From contig JBMRGM010000043.1 in assembly GCA_052327205.1 (NCBI GenBank), forward strand, positions 31,248,001 to 31,312,000: a DNA stretch of 64,000 bases, given 5' to 3'. The notes below the pieces were generated by a model that did not search any database, was not told the origin of the DNA, and was given only the letters and a program-made list of their open reading frames with translations. Of the stretch, positions 61,310 to 64,000 are shown piece by piece (position 1 is the stretch's first letter; each line of letters opens with the position of its first letter). The translations under genes and the position numbers were made by a program. This stretch comes from Somniosus microcephalus (Eukaryota).

Positions 61310-61915
61310 ATGGATTGATAAAAAAAGTTCTTTGATGAAGTAACAGCAAGTGTTGATGAAATTAGTGCGTTAATGTTGTGTATAGGCTTTCAAAAAGCGC
61401 TTAATGAAGTTCCACATAACAGATTTGTTAGCAAAATTGAAATCCATGTGAATAAGGGGAAGTGGCAGTGTGGATAAGAAATGGACTGAGACAAAGAGCA
61501 GAGATTGGTTGTGAAGTGAATATTCAGTGGTGTCTCGCAGAGGTCTGTATTGGGACCTCTGTTCTGTCTGATAATTATATATCACTAGGACTTGGGTATA
61601 CAGGGGTACAATTACAAACCTTGCAGAAGTCATGAAGCTCGGAAATGTAGCTAGCAATGCGAAAGATAGAAACAGACATCAGAAGGATAAAGACAGACTG
61701 GTGAAATGGGCAGACACATGGCTGATGCAAATTAATGCTGGAAATTGCAAAGGACATTTACTAAAAGTGCACCAGGGACACGGGATTTCAGTTGCATGGA
61801 GAAACGAGAGCTGTTCTCCTTTGAGCACAGAAGTTTAAGGTGTGACTTGATAGAGGTGTTCAAAATCATGAAAGGTTTTGATACAGTAAATAAGGAGACA
61901 CTGTTTAAATTTAAG
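61310..61915 (+). mobile_element. Degenerate CR1 fragments
   Basis: FQKALNEVPH, DRLVKWADTWLMQIN, LRCDLIEVFKIMKGFD remnants. Confidence 0.7.
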
Positions 61916-62244
61916 CTAATTGATAGATTTAAAACGCCTACCGCCTGATACAGGGAGGCGATTGTGCCGCCCAAACATTGGTCCTTGTGAAAATGGTAGG
62001 GGGCAGAGTGTCGGCGTTAAATGGATGGTAAGTCTACCGACCCCATGTCGAGGCCATTACCACCCGATTTCAGCAAGTTAATTTCACTTCATGAATAGAA
62101 ATTTCGATCAATAGACACCCGATATGTCTCACCTGGTTGGGACACTGAGTAGAAATTACCCACTGTACTTACTACAGTGTATAGTGCAAAGACTGGAAGT
62201 TTCCAAATTTCTAATCATAAATTCCATTTATTGTCTTTCTGCAG

Positions 62245-62496
62245 CTCCTGGGCCGGAAGTGCTGGTTAGTTTTCCCAGCAGTGGTGTGGTAAAGGAAGGA
62301 GAGGAATTTAAGCTGCAGTGTCGATACAGTGGCAAAGCTATTTACACTAATTGGTTAAAAAATAATATACATTTACATGAACCTCAGAGTGAGTTTTATG
62401 AATCACTAGCAGACAGCAGCAGTGGAGGCTCTTACCAGTGTGATGTATGGTCAAACAAATCGGAGAGGAGTGAGGCTCTGGAAGTGGTCACAATCG
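62245..62496 (+). CDS. Gene 3 N-terminal Ig exon (FcR D1-like)
   Basis: ttctgcAG|ctcct...caatcg|GTaggt, 252 bp, phase 1-1. Translates APGPEVLVSFPSSGVVKEGEEFKLQC...WLKNN...SGGSYQC...SEALEVVTI. Confidence 0.85.
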
Positions 62497-62539
62497 GTAG
62501 GTGAACTTTGACACTTAATAGCATAGAAAATAGACACAA

Positions 62540-62905
62540 GACAGAATAATAAGCATTCATATAGCGTCTATCACGACCTCCGATTGCACTGCACAGACAA
62601 TTAATTACTTTTCAATATATTCACTGATGTAACGTGAGATAAGTGACAGCTAGTTCGGGCAGAGCAAAGCTCCCACAAAGAGCATTGTAATAATGACCAG
62701 ATCATTTTACACTTCTATGCTTGCTCTAATGATTGCTCTTTCAATTATTTTTGTTGGATTTTTGACGTCCATCTAAGTGGGGATATGGGGCCTCAGTATA
62801 ATGTCTCATTGGAAAGGAACCGTTTCCTGCAATAACGACACCGGGAGTCTCTGGTGTGGGATTCGAACCAACGCCTTATTGTCGCAGAGGCGATTGAGCC
62901 ACGCC
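62540..62905 (-). mobile_element. Degenerate tRNA-derived SINE
   Basis: Antisense A/B boxes (tgagccac at ~62895, gggattcgaacc at ~62858) and the antisense tail 'gcattcatatagcgtc'. Confidence 0.5.
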
Positions 62906-63493
62906 TACTGTTGATTATTGGCTGCTGAGTCAAACCGCTGGAAGTGGCCACCATCAGTCGCTGAACTTTGACCCATAGTCAGCTCAGCTCTTGTCACGAA
63001 AATTTACTGTTTTAAAGAGGACTCTCAGTATATATTGTGAGACAGTGTATCAAACATATTACTTACTTGAGCAAAATTGCCAAGTGGACACTGGGATGAA
63101 TGATACCATTCTGCCGCACCTCCCTTCAACCAGCTCTGCTCTAAATAGAACAATCCCAGCTCCTTTAGTCTCACCACACCCAATGAACAAATACCAGTCG
63201 TTCCTTGAAAGAGTGCCGAGTTTGTTGCTGATTTGTAGAATCGGGTTTCGAAGTAAAAGTTATTTGATGAACGTTTGAAGGACAACATACGGGGCATCAG
63301 CTGAACATAAGAAGGGACACGTGACTTTCTAATGCCACATTTGTCACTACAGCTTTTCGGGTTATAGGCCTGTTGTTCTTTACTGAAGTGATTACTATAG
63401 ATGCACTCTAATGGAAATATACTATAGGATGTCATACCTGTAGTTTAACATATTACAATTTGTACTTACTTAATATTTCTTACATATTTTCAG

Positions 63494-63754
63494 CTTCTGA
63501 TATGATTTTAACTCTTGAAGTAAAACCAAGAGCCACGCTGTCAGGTGAAAGAATTATCCTGAATTGTTTGGTGTCTGACCAGAAAGGGAGAGGATACTTC
63601 CTGTGGTATCAGAAAGAAGAGATAATACATGGAAGTTCTCAATCTCAGTACATCATAACTAAAGCAGAAATTGCAGATGGGGCATCTTATCGGTGTGAAT
63701 GCAAAATAGGCTACAGGAAGTGGGTCTCGCAGGAAGTAAACCTCACCGTAACAG
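63494..63754 (+). CDS. Gene 3 second Ig exon (FcR D2-like); gene continues beyond window
   Basis: ttttcAG|cttct...gtaacag|GTtggt, 261 bp. Translates ASDMILTLEVKPRATLSGERIILNC...FLWYQKE...ADGASYRC...SQEVNLTVT. Confidence 0.85.
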
Positions 63755-64000
63755 GTTGGTCGCTGGCTTTGCTGTTTTCCTCCCAAAGTTGCTGCTTGTT
63801 AATTTGCTGAAAGATGGAAAACGATGCGAAGAACATTCTTTGGCTCGACAATTTTTGTTGAAGTTGGTAAATATTTGCAATTACTGGGAAAACATTCCAA
63901 GCTGTGCATTGTAGGCAAGCTTCTGGGTCGCATGTGGCAAAATCAGCCACTGCGTTAACTGTAAGGGCCCCATGAATCCGTAGGAGTGCATGTCTCCTTC

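Larger units (their letters stand above)
56080..61450 (+). repeat. Leader module copy B2 feeding gene 3
   Basis: Colinear with B1 (47100-52140). Donor cccc|GTaagt intact at 56455. Confidence 0.8.

Noticed and set aside
47100-61450. Duplicated modules as assembly artefact
   Set aside because: The copies differ by many substitutions, indels and copy-specific TE insertions, unlike falsely duplicated reads.

Overview
This is vertebrate genomic DNA, most likely a cartilaginous fish, inferred from its shark-type CR1 LINEs, HE1-like and Deu-domain SINEs. It contains a tandem cluster of + strand Fc-receptor-like (FCRL/LITR-type) Ig-superfamily receptor genes that the ORF track shows only as fragments. 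Reading splice sites by hand gives three genes. Gene 1 (exons 1757-16990, 5' end upstream of the window) has 3 Ig exons, an uncharged TM exon and 6 cytoplasmic exons carrying three ITIMs plus a terminal YENF, so it looks inhibitory. Gene 2 (exons about 28996-40465) is a close paralog with one dead Ig exon, two intact Ig exons, an Arg in the TM and a Tyr-free tail ending in ETV, so it looks activating. Gene 3 (from 60921, running off the window) has a 30-bp leader mini-exon and two more Ig exons. Four copies of a 4-5 kb 5' leader module occur, two of them dead-ended. A young 4.3-kb BEL/Pao LTR element (960-bp LTRs, GGTAC TSD) carries a 747-aa ORF that stays open across three large deletions and has no canonical PBS. 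There are also two Harbinger-like MITEs and many nested CR1/SINE fragments. Paralogous empty sites confirm several insertions. All gene models are manual predictions; the ATG-bearing signal exon could not be resolved.
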